Positions 1 to 9,358 of a DNA stretch of 64,000 nucleotides are shown here, in pieces (within the stretch, counting starts at the first letter, position 1; every line of letters begins with the position of its first letter). The notes beneath the pieces were generated by a model, which worked only from the letters and a program-made list of their open reading frames with translations, did no database searches and was not told the DNA's origin. The position numbers were made by a program, and so were the translations under genes. The DNA lies in contig CAZWKN010000002.1 of NCBI GenBank assembly GCA_964633995.1, forward strand, positions 113,119-177,118. Direction: 5' to 3'. The stretch comes from an uncultured Gammaproteobacteria bacterium. GTDB lineage: Bacteria > Patescibacteriota > Microgenomatia > CAZETR01 > Amesbacteraceae.

Positions 1-1
1 T

Positions 2-619
2 ATTCAGAAGAGGCCCAGCAAGAAGAGACAAGAAGGCAAACAAGTAGCTAATAAATCCCCATTTTTTTACCGCGTTTCCCGTGCCGTAAAGGCATTTCAA
101 CCCTTGGCCTCGTACGTGGTATCCCCTTTCAATAAAGTCCGATGCATGCCAGGTGGAAAGATGTCTTTGGTATTTATTACCATCGTAGGGATCCTGGGGT
201 AGGTCTCCGGCCGGGGTAATAATAACCACTCTTTTCCTAGCAATTTTTTCAAGCTGCCCCATAAACGCAAAACCTTCGGATTTAGATAAATGTTCGATCG
301 CTTGTGAACAGAAACAAATATCAAACTGGCCGGCTTTAAAAGGAAGTTTGCGAATATCCGATTTGACCAGTTTTGAATATACACCGGTTGCTTTAGCTTT
401 TTTTAAATATGGAGGAAAGATGTCTACAGCAGTAACGTCGAGGTGGTGATCGGCATTTAGCATTGACATAAACTTGCCGTTTCCACATGCAACATCCAGA
501 ACTTTTGTGCCCGCTCCCTCCAGAGCTTGAATGGCCATATTATAGTGCGTGTGATGTATTTTCCGGTACACCGGAGTAAATAAATCATCGAGACTTCTGA
601 TGATGTTTAATTTATCCAT
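2..619 (-). CDS. Class I SAM-dependent methyltransferase; 3' end runs off the window start, so it is absent from the ORF track, which appears to require a stop codon
   Basis: Manual minus-strand translation from ATG at 619..617 is open to position 2: MDKLNIIRSL...VLDVACGNGKF (motif I GxGxG)...VDIFPPYLKKAK...FDICFCSQAIEHL...RVVIITPAGD. The track ORF 97..384 is a different, shorter frame and is probably spurious. Confidence 0.6.
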   Translation of the reverse strand, partial: MDKLNIIRSLDDLFTPVYRKIHHTHYNMAIQALEGAGTKVLDVACGNGKFMSMLNADHHLDVTAVDIFPPYLKKAKATGVYSKLVKSDIRKLPFKAGQFDICFCSQAIEHLSKSEGFAFMGQLEKIARKRVVIITPAGDLPQDPYDGNKYQRHLSTWHASDFIERGYHVRGQGLKCLYGTGNAVKKWGFISYLFAFLSLLAGPLLN

Positions 620-2631
620 AGTTTGACTTTTGGAAGTATTTTACACCAAAGATTGAGAATATCTATCAACGGCTTGGTATCTAAATGTCGACCATACTTA
701 TCAAAGTAGCGTCGATGTAATGTCCTAACAAGACAATACGGAACCGCTGAGATGATGACATCGATAGGAATATTCATGGCTTGCGAATATTTAACAATCA
801 CAGATTTTAATATCGGGGAATAGATGCCATTACCTGTGAAATTGGCCTCAAAACAGAGGGGCATGGTCCCAACGCGTGCCTGATTAATGACAAAAGTTAA
901 CAGATCGAAAAAGGGTGTGCTTTTGGGCTTAAAAAATTCCCAATCAATGACACTTACTTTGTCCCCTGAAACAATCATATTGGTTTTTACAAAATCCCCA
1001 TGTTCGGGGACAATGGGGAGAGTAAGTTCGTGAGTACTGGCAAAATATTTATTAAGCAAACCAACTAATAATGCAGACGTTTCTGATGGTAAACCGATAG
1101 ATTTTATGGCTTCTAAATATGACGATTGCTCTTTTTTCAAATCTGTTTTTGACCAAACGCCCAGTTTATTTTCGGATTGGAAGTTTATTAGCCAATTGAC
1201 GACTGCGAGATTGTCGGACATGTTAAAGGTTTGGCACACCCTGCCATGTAAAAAGGGTTCAAAATAAACTTTTCTTCCAAGTATGTTTAGGGGTGTAATT
1301 ATTAAATTGTTCCACTTAGACAAGTGTTTTTCTTCTGTGTCCAGCGACTTTTCAAATTCCTTAAACCGGGAAAATTTTGCAATACCAACTGGTCGGCCGT
1401 TATTTAATAAGAAATAGTTAATTTTTGAATTAATTCCATGAGTACCACTTCTTCTTACAAAACTTGTCGCCTTGGGAAAATGCTCCAATAATTTGGTTTC
1501 GAAACTTTTTGGATTGAATTCTTTGTACGAATAAATTAGGTAATTGGGAGATAGCCAAGGGATTAGAAGCTTAATTAACTTAGCAGGCACATACGTACCA
1601 AAACGAGTCGCCAATTTACTTAAAAATGTGACACTAAAATCGTGTTCTTTAAAGTGCTTGAGAAGAAAAGCGAAACTTTGAGAATCAAACAATCCAGATT
1701 CTGAGGGACTATTGTAGGACAGAACCCAATTAAAAATAATTTTTGAAAAACCTACAGACCTAATCAGGTCGGCATATCCTTTCCAAGTGTAGGTATATGT
1801 TCTGTAATCAGGCCAATCCAGGGCCATGCGTTTATCAGAAAGGTATTCGTTTTTGGTTTTTCTAAACAACCTGACTGTGAGATCGGCCAATTTTCTGGGC
1901 ATGAGACTTGTAAAGGGAAGTCCACTGTGATCGAGGGAACCCAAAAAAAGAAAAAGGGCTATCCGATTTTCTATTCCAATATAAAGACAACCACCTGGTT
2001 TTAGTATTCGATAAATTTCACTTAGAAATCGCTGCTGAAGATTTCTGGGGTTTTGGGAAAAATCTGACAATCCAATCCACTCCAAAACTCCATTCACCGA
2101 AATCAAATCAAATGAGTTATCGGGAAACGGCAAGTTTTGCCAGGATGATCTGACAAAATGTATATTGGTCCGACCTTCCTGCCTGGCTCTAATCCGTTGA
2201 AAATCAATTCTTTGGGGAACAGACTCTAGAGACCATACTTCGCTGGTATGTCTCGAGAGGGCAAAGGTGATCGACCCCCACCCACTCCCTATATCCAAGC
2301 TTCGTGATTCTTGGTTGAGATTTTGGCAGCTAAAAATCCAATCCGCACGACTGTAACTTAGAATATATTCACTCATACCCGGGTATTCGGATTCTAAGTT
2401 GCTTACCGCAGACACATAGCCTTCTTTTACAGATTGAGTGTTTAATAAGGCTGCTCTGAGTTCCGATATCTCCCCCCAATAATAAGTTTTGTTATGAGCT
2501 AATAAATCAAAGTATTTGTTTTTCGAATCACTAGTACCAAGCACTTTGGAACAACCCGGACAACGGATCCGACCGTTGGTAATATTCAATTTTGATTTAC
2601 AAGTTGGACATGCTAGATCAAGCTGTTTCAT
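607..2631 (-). CDS. Three-domain fusion: N-terminal zinc ribbon (CPTC...CPGC), class I SAM methyltransferase (DIGSGWGS...LKPGGCLYIGIEN), C-terminal APH/choline-kinase-like phosphotransferase (HGDFVKTNMIV...VSVIDWEF)
   Basis: CxxC...CxxC pair at the N-terminus; MTase motif I and post-motif; Brenner-type HGD catalytic loop and IDWE (DFG-equivalent) typical of the PF01636 phosphotransferase family. Confidence 0.7.
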   Translation of the reverse strand: MKQLDLACPTCKSKLNITNGRIRCPGCSKVLGTSDSKNKYFDLLAHNKTYYWGEISELRAALLNTQSVKEGYVSAVSNLESEYPGMSEYILSYSRADWIFSCQNLNQESRSLDIGSGWGSITFALSRHTSEVWSLESVPQRIDFQRIRARQEGRTNIHFVRSSWQNLPFPDNSFDLISVNGVLEWIGLSDFSQNPRNLQQRFLSEIYRILKPGGCLYIGIENRIALFLFLGSLDHSGLPFTSLMPRKLADLTVRLFRKTKNEYLSDKRMALDWPDYRTYTYTWKGYADLIRSVGFSKIIFNWVLSYNSPSESGLFDSQSFAFLLKHFKEHDFSVTFLSKLATRFGTYVPAKLIKLLIPWLSPNYLIYSYKEFNPKSFETKLLEHFPKATSFVRRSGTHGINSKINYFLLNNGRPVGIAKFSRFKEFEKSLDTEEKHLSKWNNLIITPLNILGRKVYFEPFLHGRVCQTFNMSDNLAVVNWLINFQSENKLGVWSKTDLKKEQSSYLEAIKSIGLPSETSALLVGLLNKYFASTHELTLPIVPEHGDFVKTNMIVSGDKVSVIDWEFFKPKSTPFFDLLTFVINQARVGTMPLCFEANFTGNGIYSPILKSVIVKYSQAMNIPIDVIISAVPYCLVRTLHRRYFDKYGRHLDTKPLIDILNLWCKILPKVKLWIN

Positions 2632-3653
2632 GAATAGTATTTTCTGTAAATTGTAAATAATGATTCGTGGGACATAATTTTGGCATAAATAAACTCGTCG
2701 TCAACTCGCCGGGTATTTTGGACCTGTTCTCTTAAATTGAGAGTGTCTTTAATGTTAGCTAGATTCCAAACAAAGGAAGTAATAAATGCCAGGAGGGCGG
2801 ATGGATCAAATTTAGTAACTAAAATAATAATCCCTCTGGCAAAAATAATTAAAATCGAGATGGGTAAATATTTTATCAGGTATGGCAGGCTATAGTTTTT
2901 AATGAGTGTTCTTAGGGTATTTTTATTTATGTGAAAATAGACAAAGTACCTAGTGGCACGCATCAATTCTTCACGTTGTTTTTGGGTTTTAGACCAATGC
3001 CATACTTTTGAGGTCGGAACGTAAAGAATTTTATAACCCGCTAACCATATGCGCCAACAAAAGTCTAAATCCTCGGTATGGACAGCTAATTGCTCGTCAA
3101 AACCAAGTACTGTTGCCATAACTTCTTTTTTTACAGCCAGGGCTGCCGAAATGGATACGGTTTCAGCTGGAATAGTCCATTGTTTTTCTGAATCCGGCCG
3201 TCCACTTCCCCTGGCTATGCCCCATCCTGTGTGGGGGATCAGTAATAATCCCGCTGTTGAAACCCGATCGGGATATTGAAAATTTAATGTTTTACTGCAG
3301 GTTGAACCAAGGTTGTTTGAACTTGTTAGTGGACCTACCAGCTCCTTAAGCCAATTCTTGTCCACCCGAGTGTCGTTATCCAAAAAAACAAGAATGGAAC
3401 CTTTTGAAACTGCTATCGCCTTATTGCGACTCGCCGACGCACCTAAATTTACGGAGTTGGTGATAATTTTTATTCGCCGGTCTTTTTTACTGGCAGATGT
3501 TAACAGTGACAAACTAGCGTCGGTTGAAGCATCGTCGATAAACAGTACTTCAAAATTAGTGTAAGTCGAACTTAATACTGAGGACATGCAGTCTGCTAAA
3601 AATTGGGCTCCGTTGTAATTTGGAACAATTATTGAAACAAGCGGGTTGGTCAT
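2628..3653 (-). CDS. GT2 family glycosyltransferase (GT-A fold)
   Basis: SIIVPNYNG...FIDDASTD...LVFLDNDTRV (DxD). Track ORF extends to 3755, but the internal ATG at 3653 (MTNPLVSIIVP) gives an ATGA overlap with the stop of the upstream MTase. C-terminal TM segment. Confidence 0.8.
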   Translation of the reverse strand: MTNPLVSIIVPNYNGAQFLADCMSSVLSSTYTNFEVLFIDDASTDASLSLLTSASKKDRRIKIITNSVNLGASASRNKAIAVSKGSILVFLDNDTRVDKNWLKELVGPLTSSNNLGSTCSKTLNFQYPDRVSTAGLLLIPHTGWGIARGSGRPDSEKQWTIPAETVSISAALAVKKEVMATVLGFDEQLAVHTEDLDFCWRIWLAGYKILYVPTSKVWHWSKTQKQREELMRATRYFVYFHINKNTLRTLIKNYSLPYLIKYLPISILIIFARGIIILVTKFDPSALLAFITSFVWNLANIKDTLNLREQVQNTRRVDDEFIYAKIMSHESLFTIYRKYYS

Positions 3654-4336
3654 GTGTGTTTTTTGACTGCAATCAAAAACCCAGCTAGCTCGGGTAATAG
3701 ATAAGTAATGGGGGTGAAGATATATTGACAGGCAAAATATATTGGAACTTGCCAACTAGATTTGGGCGGACCAATACGAAGTCCAAATCCATAAATTTTG
3801 TAACCATAGTTTGTAAAGTCGCTAACAGACCAGGCGGATACATGGCTGTCTGACGGTACAAACTCGGGCTGATGATGCAACATAGCATTTGGAGTAACGA
3901 TAATTGATATCCCTCTACAAACCCTGTCTAGGTCTGTTAAAAACTGCCGGCCGTCGATCTTGGATAAATGAGCTATCACCTCAATGGCCAGAAAAAGATC
4001 AACAGATCTAGAATTAAATGGTAAATGCTTTAAATCTCCAGTAACGTACTTGTCGTAAATATTATGTTTTTTGGCTATCTGAAGATATTCGGAGGAAATG
4101 TCCATACCAATAAGCTTTGAACCTGTAAGATCTCTAGTCGCTCTTAATAAATAACCATATATTCCTTTACCACAACCCCCTTCTACAATTGTTTTCCCTG
4201 CTAAATCATGAGGAATAAAATTAAAAACCAGGGGATGGTGAAAAAACATTGAAATACCCGCCCACTTGAATGATTTTTTTTGAGCCATCCGAATTATAAT
4301 ATCACAATGTGGGATTTTTTCTTTGATCCGCAGCAT
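3650..4336 (-). CDS. Class I SAM-dependent methyltransferase
   Basis: IVEGGCGKGIYGYLL (motif I), GMDISSEYL, LFLAIEVIAHL. The real start may be an internal Met (4288), since 4280..4336 overlaps the divergent plus-strand ORF. Confidence 0.8.
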   Translation of the reverse strand: MLRIKEKIPHCDIIIRMAQKKSFKWAGISMFFHHPLVFNFIPHDLAGKTIVEGGCGKGIYGYLLRATRDLTGSKLIGMDISSEYLQIAKKHNIYDKYVTGDLKHLPFNSRSVDLFLAIEVIAHLSKIDGRQFLTDLDRVCRGISIIVTPNAMLHHQPEFVPSDSHVSAWSVSDFTNYGYKIYGFGLRIGPPKSSWQVPIYFACQYIFTPITYLLPELAGFLIAVKKHT

Positions 4337-6547
4337 GTATTTTTTTACTTTAGACTATGGACTGCGTTGGGTCTGATGGCTTACTTGGGAATTAGAATTA
4401 CTGATTTATGGCTTAACACCAATAATAAATGTTTTAGATTGGGAATTGGGATGATGGTTGGTTTTGCGGTCTTTGACGTACTTATTAATTTTATTGCTTA
4501 TGCGATCAAAGGAGAGATGGGAATAATAATGGCGATAGTTTTGATGATAATTTTGAGTTTGATACTTAAAAAGAAAACACCAATTACTGAACTAGTTCCA
4601 CGTAGATGGTCTAAGGCGATTGTCTTAACACTGGTATATCTAGCGGGGATTTTTTGGTACGCAAGCTCGGTAGACATGGCCTCCAGTGCACCGAAGTACT
4701 GGAGTATTGCTTTATCTTTTTCCAGAGGGAATTTTCCGACCAAAATTCCATGGCAACCCAACATGCTAACCGTATACCACCACGCCCCATATGTGATTAT
4801 GGGTTCTCTACATGCCTTGTCGGGGCTGAATATTTCCATCGTACACCGATTTGTCTCGGTATACGTCATTTGGGCTACTTTTTTTGTGCTGCTTGGAATG
4901 GCAAGAGAATACAGGAGCGGACTTGTCTCGCTAGTACCGCCATTATTTGCCATCCTGCTGGTAGGTGGTCCAGTCGTTAGATTCTCTCCCATTGTCTCTT
5001 TTACTCCACTGCTGGATTACGTTGATTTTATTAGTTGGCTTGGGGCAGGAGTGACTAATTTAAACGGCCTGGTTTATGCGAATTATCACATTTTTGGCAT
5101 GGGGGGGATGTTGGTCACTGTTGTTTTATGTATAAAAAATTGGACAAGCTTTAGCATAAAAACATGGGCACCCATAATTGGCATGTCGATATTTACCTTG
5201 GCGTCCGAGGAGGTCATATTTATTCCTCTGATATTTATCATTCTAGTTTATTTTTGCCGATCCTATTTTTTGAATAAAAAGGATGTGAGTTTGGGTCGGG
5301 GTGTGAAAGTGTGCGTGGTACTGGCCAGTGTTTTTACGGTGCTTTTTTGTGCAGTTCAGAACACCATTAGAGATAGCTTGATTACCAGATCCCCTGATCA
5401 GCCTAGATATCAACTTGTGACTAAACAGGATGTACTAAAGAGGATTGACTGGTTGTTTCCCGAACCTCAAGCCGGATGGGTTATTCCAAGTTTGGGATTA
5501 CTTTTAGGAGTCGTTTTGATGCTAGGATTTGCTACTAAGTCGGACGAAATTAACATTCTGGCTTATTCGAGTTTAATTTTTGGTTTTTTTGCTATCGTAC
5601 TAAATCAACCGGGATTTCCCACTAATGCGACAAGAATGATAAATTATGCCTATGCTATGCTTTTTTTGGCTCTTGGCTTCATTATTGTAAAAATTAAGTG
5701 GTTTGGACCATTGTTGCTAACAGTGATTATTCCACAACTGCTTGTGGGTCATGTTAAAGCATGGGATAGCTTGGTTAATGCTGGAAACTTAAATTATTAC
5801 GTTTACAATTTCGGATTTAGCCAGGAACCTTTGGAATGGTTACATAGAAATCTTCCATTTGATAAACGGATTGTGTTAGTTGACGAATATCCCAAAGAAC
5901 GCTCTAGTCTAATTGGACCCGCACTAGAGGAATACGGCTTATTCATCCCCACCGGTGATCCCAGGGTTAAAATGGACTTGCCTGAAATAGGAATGGATTG
6001 GATTGATGTGGTGACGACATTAAATCCAAGTGCAATAAATTCTTTGGGTGCGCAAATTATTTTTATCAAAACTGGAAGTGGGGAACGATTTTCAAACCAC
6101 AGAAGGGAACAGTTAAAAGACGGCTCACTGTTTAAACCAATTCATATTGACAAAACGGGAGTTGTTTATGAAATTACCGACAAATTCAGAAGGCTGAATG
6201 ATAATGAAATGTCAATTAGGTCCAGTTTAGATTTGGTCAAATCAGACTCGAGGGTGTATTTGGGAAGATTTAAGGTTTTGGAGATCAGAAAAGCGGCGTT
6301 GTTAAACTTGGGAAATAGAACCAGACTCTATGGTCCCATGTATAAGATAAGCGAAGATTATTACATAGTTACCGAAGCACCGATGCCTAAAATTGCTCAA
6401 AAAAGTGACGGACCGATTGATTTTGTGTTTGCGGATCCAAATAACTTTCCAAGTGAACTAAACATTAGCGACTTTGTTCAAGTTAGTAAATCTGAGTACT
6501 TTTCACTTTGGAAAAGTCGGACTAGTGGCCAGCAGAATGCCCGATAG
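4280..6547 (+). CDS. Large polytopic membrane protein with C-terminal soluble (probably extracytoplasmic) domain; GT-C-like candidate, function unknown
   Basis: About 12 hydrophobic segments in the first ~480 aa, then a ~270-aa hydrophilic tail. The likely true start is M33 (4376, MAYLG), which would remove the overlap with 3650..4336. One of two plus-strand genes inside the minus-strand run. Confidence 0.5.
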   Translation: MSHPNYNITMWDFFFDPQHVFFYFRLWTALGLMAYLGIRITDLWLNTNNKCFRLGIGMMVGFAVFDVLINFIAYAIKGEMGIIMAIVLMIILSLILKKKTPITELVPRRWSKAIVLTLVYLAGIFWYASSVDMASSAPKYWSIALSFSRGNFPTKIPWQPNMLTVYHHAPYVIMGSLHALSGLNISIVHRFVSVYVIWATFFVLLGMAREYRSGLVSLVPPLFAILLVGGPVVRFSPIVSFTPLLDYVDFISWLGAGVTNLNGLVYANYHIFGMGGMLVTVVLCIKNWTSFSIKTWAPIIGMSIFTLASEEVIFIPLIFIILVYFCRSYFLNKKDVSLGRGVKVCVVLASVFTVLFCAVQNTIRDSLITRSPDQPRYQLVTKQDVLKRIDWLFPEPQAGWVIPSLGLLLGVVLMLGFATKSDEINILAYSSLIFGFFAIVLNQPGFPTNATRMINYAYAMLFLALGFIIVKIKWFGPLLLTVIIPQLLVGHVKAWDSLVNAGNLNYYVYNFGFSQEPLEWLHRNLPFDKRIVLVDEYPKERSSLIGPALEEYGLFIPTGDPRVKMDLPEIGMDWIDVVTTLNPSAINSLGAQIIFIKTGSGERFSNHRREQLKDGSLFKPIHIDKTGVVYEITDKFRRLNDNEMSIRSSLDLVKSDSRVYLGRFKVLEIRKAALLNLGNRTRLYGPMYKISEDYYIVTEAPMPKIAQKSDGPIDFVFADPNNFPSELNISDFVQVSKSEYFSLWKSRTSGQQNAR

Positions 6548-7441
6548 TGTACCACGCAATAAATTTAAATACTTACCTATTCTTTGGTATCTGAACGCAA
6601 GAAATAGATAATACAACAGAAATAATGGTAAAAATACCGCAAGAAACAAAAAGAAATTTTTACCAAACCGCCTCATAAACAGAATCCTGTTTTGACCAAT
6701 ATAAAAAGCGTAACGGTCGAAGAGTCGGTACACCTCTTCTACCGGATTGCGGGAAAGATCGTGAAGCGCAGTTGCTTTGGCTGAATAGTAAATTGTAAAC
6801 CCCATTTTTTTGGCTCTAAAACAAAAATCCGCATCTTCCCATGACGAGACAAATATAGGGTCAAACTTTTTGACCTCTGATATTACTTGTCTACTTACTA
6901 ACATCGCTGCCGGGGCAATTTGAACGGCTTGATCGCAATTAAACTGGTAGGAATCCAAACCGTTTCTGAACAATACCTGTCCAGTAATTAAATTTACATC
7001 GGTTCCAGCCGACCAGATTACTGTCGGATCTGATTTGTAGACTATTTTTGGTGTCACTATGTCTGCCTTTAAAGTAATGGCGGTATCCAACAACGACTTA
7101 ACCATATCACGACCAGCTTCCATGTCGTGGTCAAAAAACAAAATGTAATCGTATTTATCGCCGGCTGAAGCTATTCCTGCATTCCTGCCACCCACTACTC
7201 CCAGATTCTCCGGTAAAGTGATCAGCGTAACTTTTGGAAAAGAGGTTTTTACCACATGGCGCGTGGCGTCAGTAGAGTTGTTGTCTATTACAATAATTGT
7301 TGAGACGGCGACGGTCTGATTGTTAAGAGACTGTAAGCAGTTTGATATTGTTCGCTCTCCGTTCCATGTAGGGACCACTGCTACGATTTTTGGCATAGTT
7401 CCAATACTTTTGTTAAAACTTCTTTGGCTCTCTTTTCCCAT
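6503..7441 (-). CDS. GT2 family glycosyltransferase with C-terminal TM helices
   Basis: IVAVVPTWNGE...IIVIDNNSTD...ILFFDHDMEA (DxD). The probable start is M16 (7396, MPKIVAVV). Confidence 0.8.
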   Translation of the reverse strand: MGKESQRSFNKSIGTMPKIVAVVPTWNGERTISNCLQSLNNQTVAVSTIIVIDNNSTDATRHVVKTSFPKVTLITLPENLGVVGGRNAGIASAGDKYDYILFFDHDMEAGRDMVKSLLDTAITLKADIVTPKIVYKSDPTVIWSAGTDVNLITGQVLFRNGLDSYQFNCDQAVQIAPAAMLVSRQVISEVKKFDPIFVSSWEDADFCFRAKKMGFTIYYSAKATALHDLSRNPVEEVYRLFDRYAFYIGQNRILFMRRFGKNFFLFLAVFLPLFLLYYLFLAFRYQRIGKYLNLLRGTLSGILLATSPTFPK

Positions 7442-8571
7442 GAGTAATTCGTGCTTATCAATTTCTCGGCCTGGGTTGAAACGGCTGCATATAGAGTCTT
7501 ATTAGTAAGCAGGTTAGTAATTGTTTCGGCAAACTGGTTAATATCTCCAATGGGGACTTTTAGCATTCCCATAGGATAGTACGATTTGTAAGCCGGGAGA
7601 TCAAACCCAACACACGGGAGTCCAAATGCCATGGCTTCCGCCGAAGCCATGCCCCCTGAATCATAATAAGCTGGATGCACAACCACCCGGCTAGTATTAA
7701 AGATAGAATATTTTTCAGGCCCGTCATATATGTAACCTTTTAGAATTATATTGGCGTTTAGATTTAATTCGTCTATTCTATGGACGACTTGAGGCATAAG
7801 CTCTCCGTCGCCGATCATTATTAATTTTGCTGAGGGTTTGGTTTTGACTACGCTTGCCCAGATATCAATTAATTCAAGTACCCCTTTTTGGGGATGAAAT
7901 CTACCTTGAAAAATAGCATCGTATACTTTTTGTTTTTTTTGATTTGTCGTCCTGAATTTCTTTATGGCCGATACGTCAACTGCACCCAAAACCGCCAGCG
8001 ATTTGGGGAATTTGGAAGTTTCCAGTGAATTATTTACCAGGACTAAATTCGCTGAATGAGCTAATAGTGGTTTTGCAATGAACTGTGACAACCAATACAG
8101 GAGCGATGCAAGCTTGTATGTATGTTTCCTTTTCCCTTCTGTATAGCCTCTAAATGGATTTGGTGCTGTTTGAAACCAACCCCCAAACCAATGAGTTTTG
8201 GGGAATCTAAATTTCAATATGGCCGCGGGAAAAACGTCCATCCAAAAATCTGAACACGAATATAAGAAATCCTTGGGTTCCACTTTTAATGTCAAACCCA
8301 ACCACACCCCTGCAAATATTCTGGCAATGTAATTTACAAAAAAACCAAACCTTGACCAGGTAGAAAGTTTCAAGACATGGATATGCACTAGATTGTGGGC
8401 AAGGTGCTGATGAGCAATTATTCCAGCCCCCTCTTCCCAGACATAAATGTGTATTGGATATCCAAGGCTAGCCCATTGTTTGGCAAATTCTATAAATATT
8501 CGATCTCCGCCAGATAACCCCTCACCTACTGCCGCAAGCGCAAAAAAACGAAATGCAGGTTGATTAGGCAT
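7381..8571 (-). CDS. GT4 family glycosyltransferase (GT-B fold)
   Basis: C-terminal GT4 signature: FQGRFHPQKG...LIMIGDG...VVVHPAYYDSGGMASAEAMAFGLPCVGFDLP. Confidence 0.8.
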   Translation of the reverse strand: MPNQPAFRFFALAAVGEGLSGGDRIFIEFAKQWASLGYPIHIYVWEEGAGIIAHQHLAHNLVHIHVLKLSTWSRFGFFVNYIARIFAGVWLGLTLKVEPKDFLYSCSDFWMDVFPAAILKFRFPKTHWFGGWFQTAPNPFRGYTEGKRKHTYKLASLLYWLSQFIAKPLLAHSANLVLVNNSLETSKFPKSLAVLGAVDVSAIKKFRTTNQKKQKVYDAIFQGRFHPQKGVLELIDIWASVVKTKPSAKLIMIGDGELMPQVVHRIDELNLNANIILKGYIYDGPEKYSIFNTSRVVVHPAYYDSGGMASAEAMAFGLPCVGFDLPAYKSYYPMGMLKVPIGDINQFAETITNLLTNKTLYAAVSTQAEKLISTNYSWEKRAKEVLTKVLELCQKS

Positions 8572-9358
8572 GTGGATTTGAACAGACGGCGATCAAATCA
8601 AGTGCGCCTGTTGTACGACTTGATAACTTATAATCATTGAGTGTTATGGACAAATAACTTGAGGTCAAAATTCGCCTCCGGGCAATTGAAGCCAAGAGTG
8701 AAAATAGTAATTTTTTAAGGCTTGTTGGGATCAACATTCTTAATTTAAATTTGTCTCTTTTCATTATAGACTGTACCGATTTTGCCCTTGCTTGTTCAAA
8801 TTGATTAGCTGGGCCTATCGGAAAGAGTCCGTATAGTTTGATTTTTTTAAAGTACTTGGTTAATAGAGCTTTTAACTCAAATGCCGAAAATTCTTTGACA
8901 TGAAAGGGGTTTTCGTTAAACGACTGAGTCAGGGCGTTGGGGGTAGAAATAATCAGTAGTCCTTGTGGTTTTAGCCAATTAAGAAGTGTATTAAAATAGC
9001 CGGATAAGTCGTCCAAGTGTTCAATCACCTGAAGCGAAACAATCACATCGAATTGCCGGTCAATGGTTGGGTATCTTATGTCCTGATATTGGTATTCCAG
9101 GTTAGGCTGAGTATTACTTTGGCGTGCTTGATGAATAGTCGATTTGCTGTAATCGATTGCCAAAACGGATGTGGCGGTGGTGGCCAAGAGTTTTGAACCT
9201 TCCCCTACTCCACAACCTAAATCCAGAACTTTTTTATTTTTACAAAATTTGGTACAGAAACTATAAACTTTCTGGTGTTGTATAAAAGTCGGGTAAAAAT
9301 AATCTGCCTTACCGGTCGAACGCTCGGCAGTAATGAATTTATTCATATTATTCATCAA
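8564..9358 (-). CDS. Class I SAM-dependent methyltransferase
   Basis: VLDLGCGVGEGSKLL (motif I), LAIDYS, VIVSLQVIEHL, LKPQGLLIISTPN. Confidence 0.85.
   Translation of the reverse strand: MMNNMNKFITAERSTGKADYFYPTFIQHQKVYSFCTKFCKNKKVLDLGCGVGEGSKLLATTATSVLAIDYSKSTIHQARQSNTQPNLEYQYQDIRYPTIDRQFDVIVSLQVIEHLDDLSGYFNTLLNWLKPQGLLIISTPNALTQSFNENPFHVKEFSAFELKALLTKYFKKIKLYGLFPIGPANQFEQARAKSVQSIMKRDKFKLRMLIPTSLKKLLFSLLASIARRRILTSSYLSITLNDYKLSSRTTGALDLIAVCSNPHA

Noticed and set aside
97-384. Track ORF of 95 aa on the minus strand
   Set aside because: It lies in a different frame from the continuous methyltransferase reading frame that runs from ATG 619 to the window edge. That frame has the GxGxG motif and a full MTase core. 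The 95-aa ORF is probably a spurious overlapping frame.
3049-3564. Small plus-strand ORFs (76 and 83 aa) and many similar 60 to 120-aa ORFs throughout the track
   Set aside because: All lie entirely inside longer ORFs with clear family motifs on the opposite strand or another frame. No independent support such as RBS spacing, motif or intergenic location, so they are treated as spurious.
4280-4336. 57-nt overlap of divergent ORFs 3650..4336 (-) and 4280..6547 (+)
   Set aside because: Both have plausible internal start codons (4288 and 4376) that remove the overlap. It is attributed to over-extended start calls, not a true overlap.
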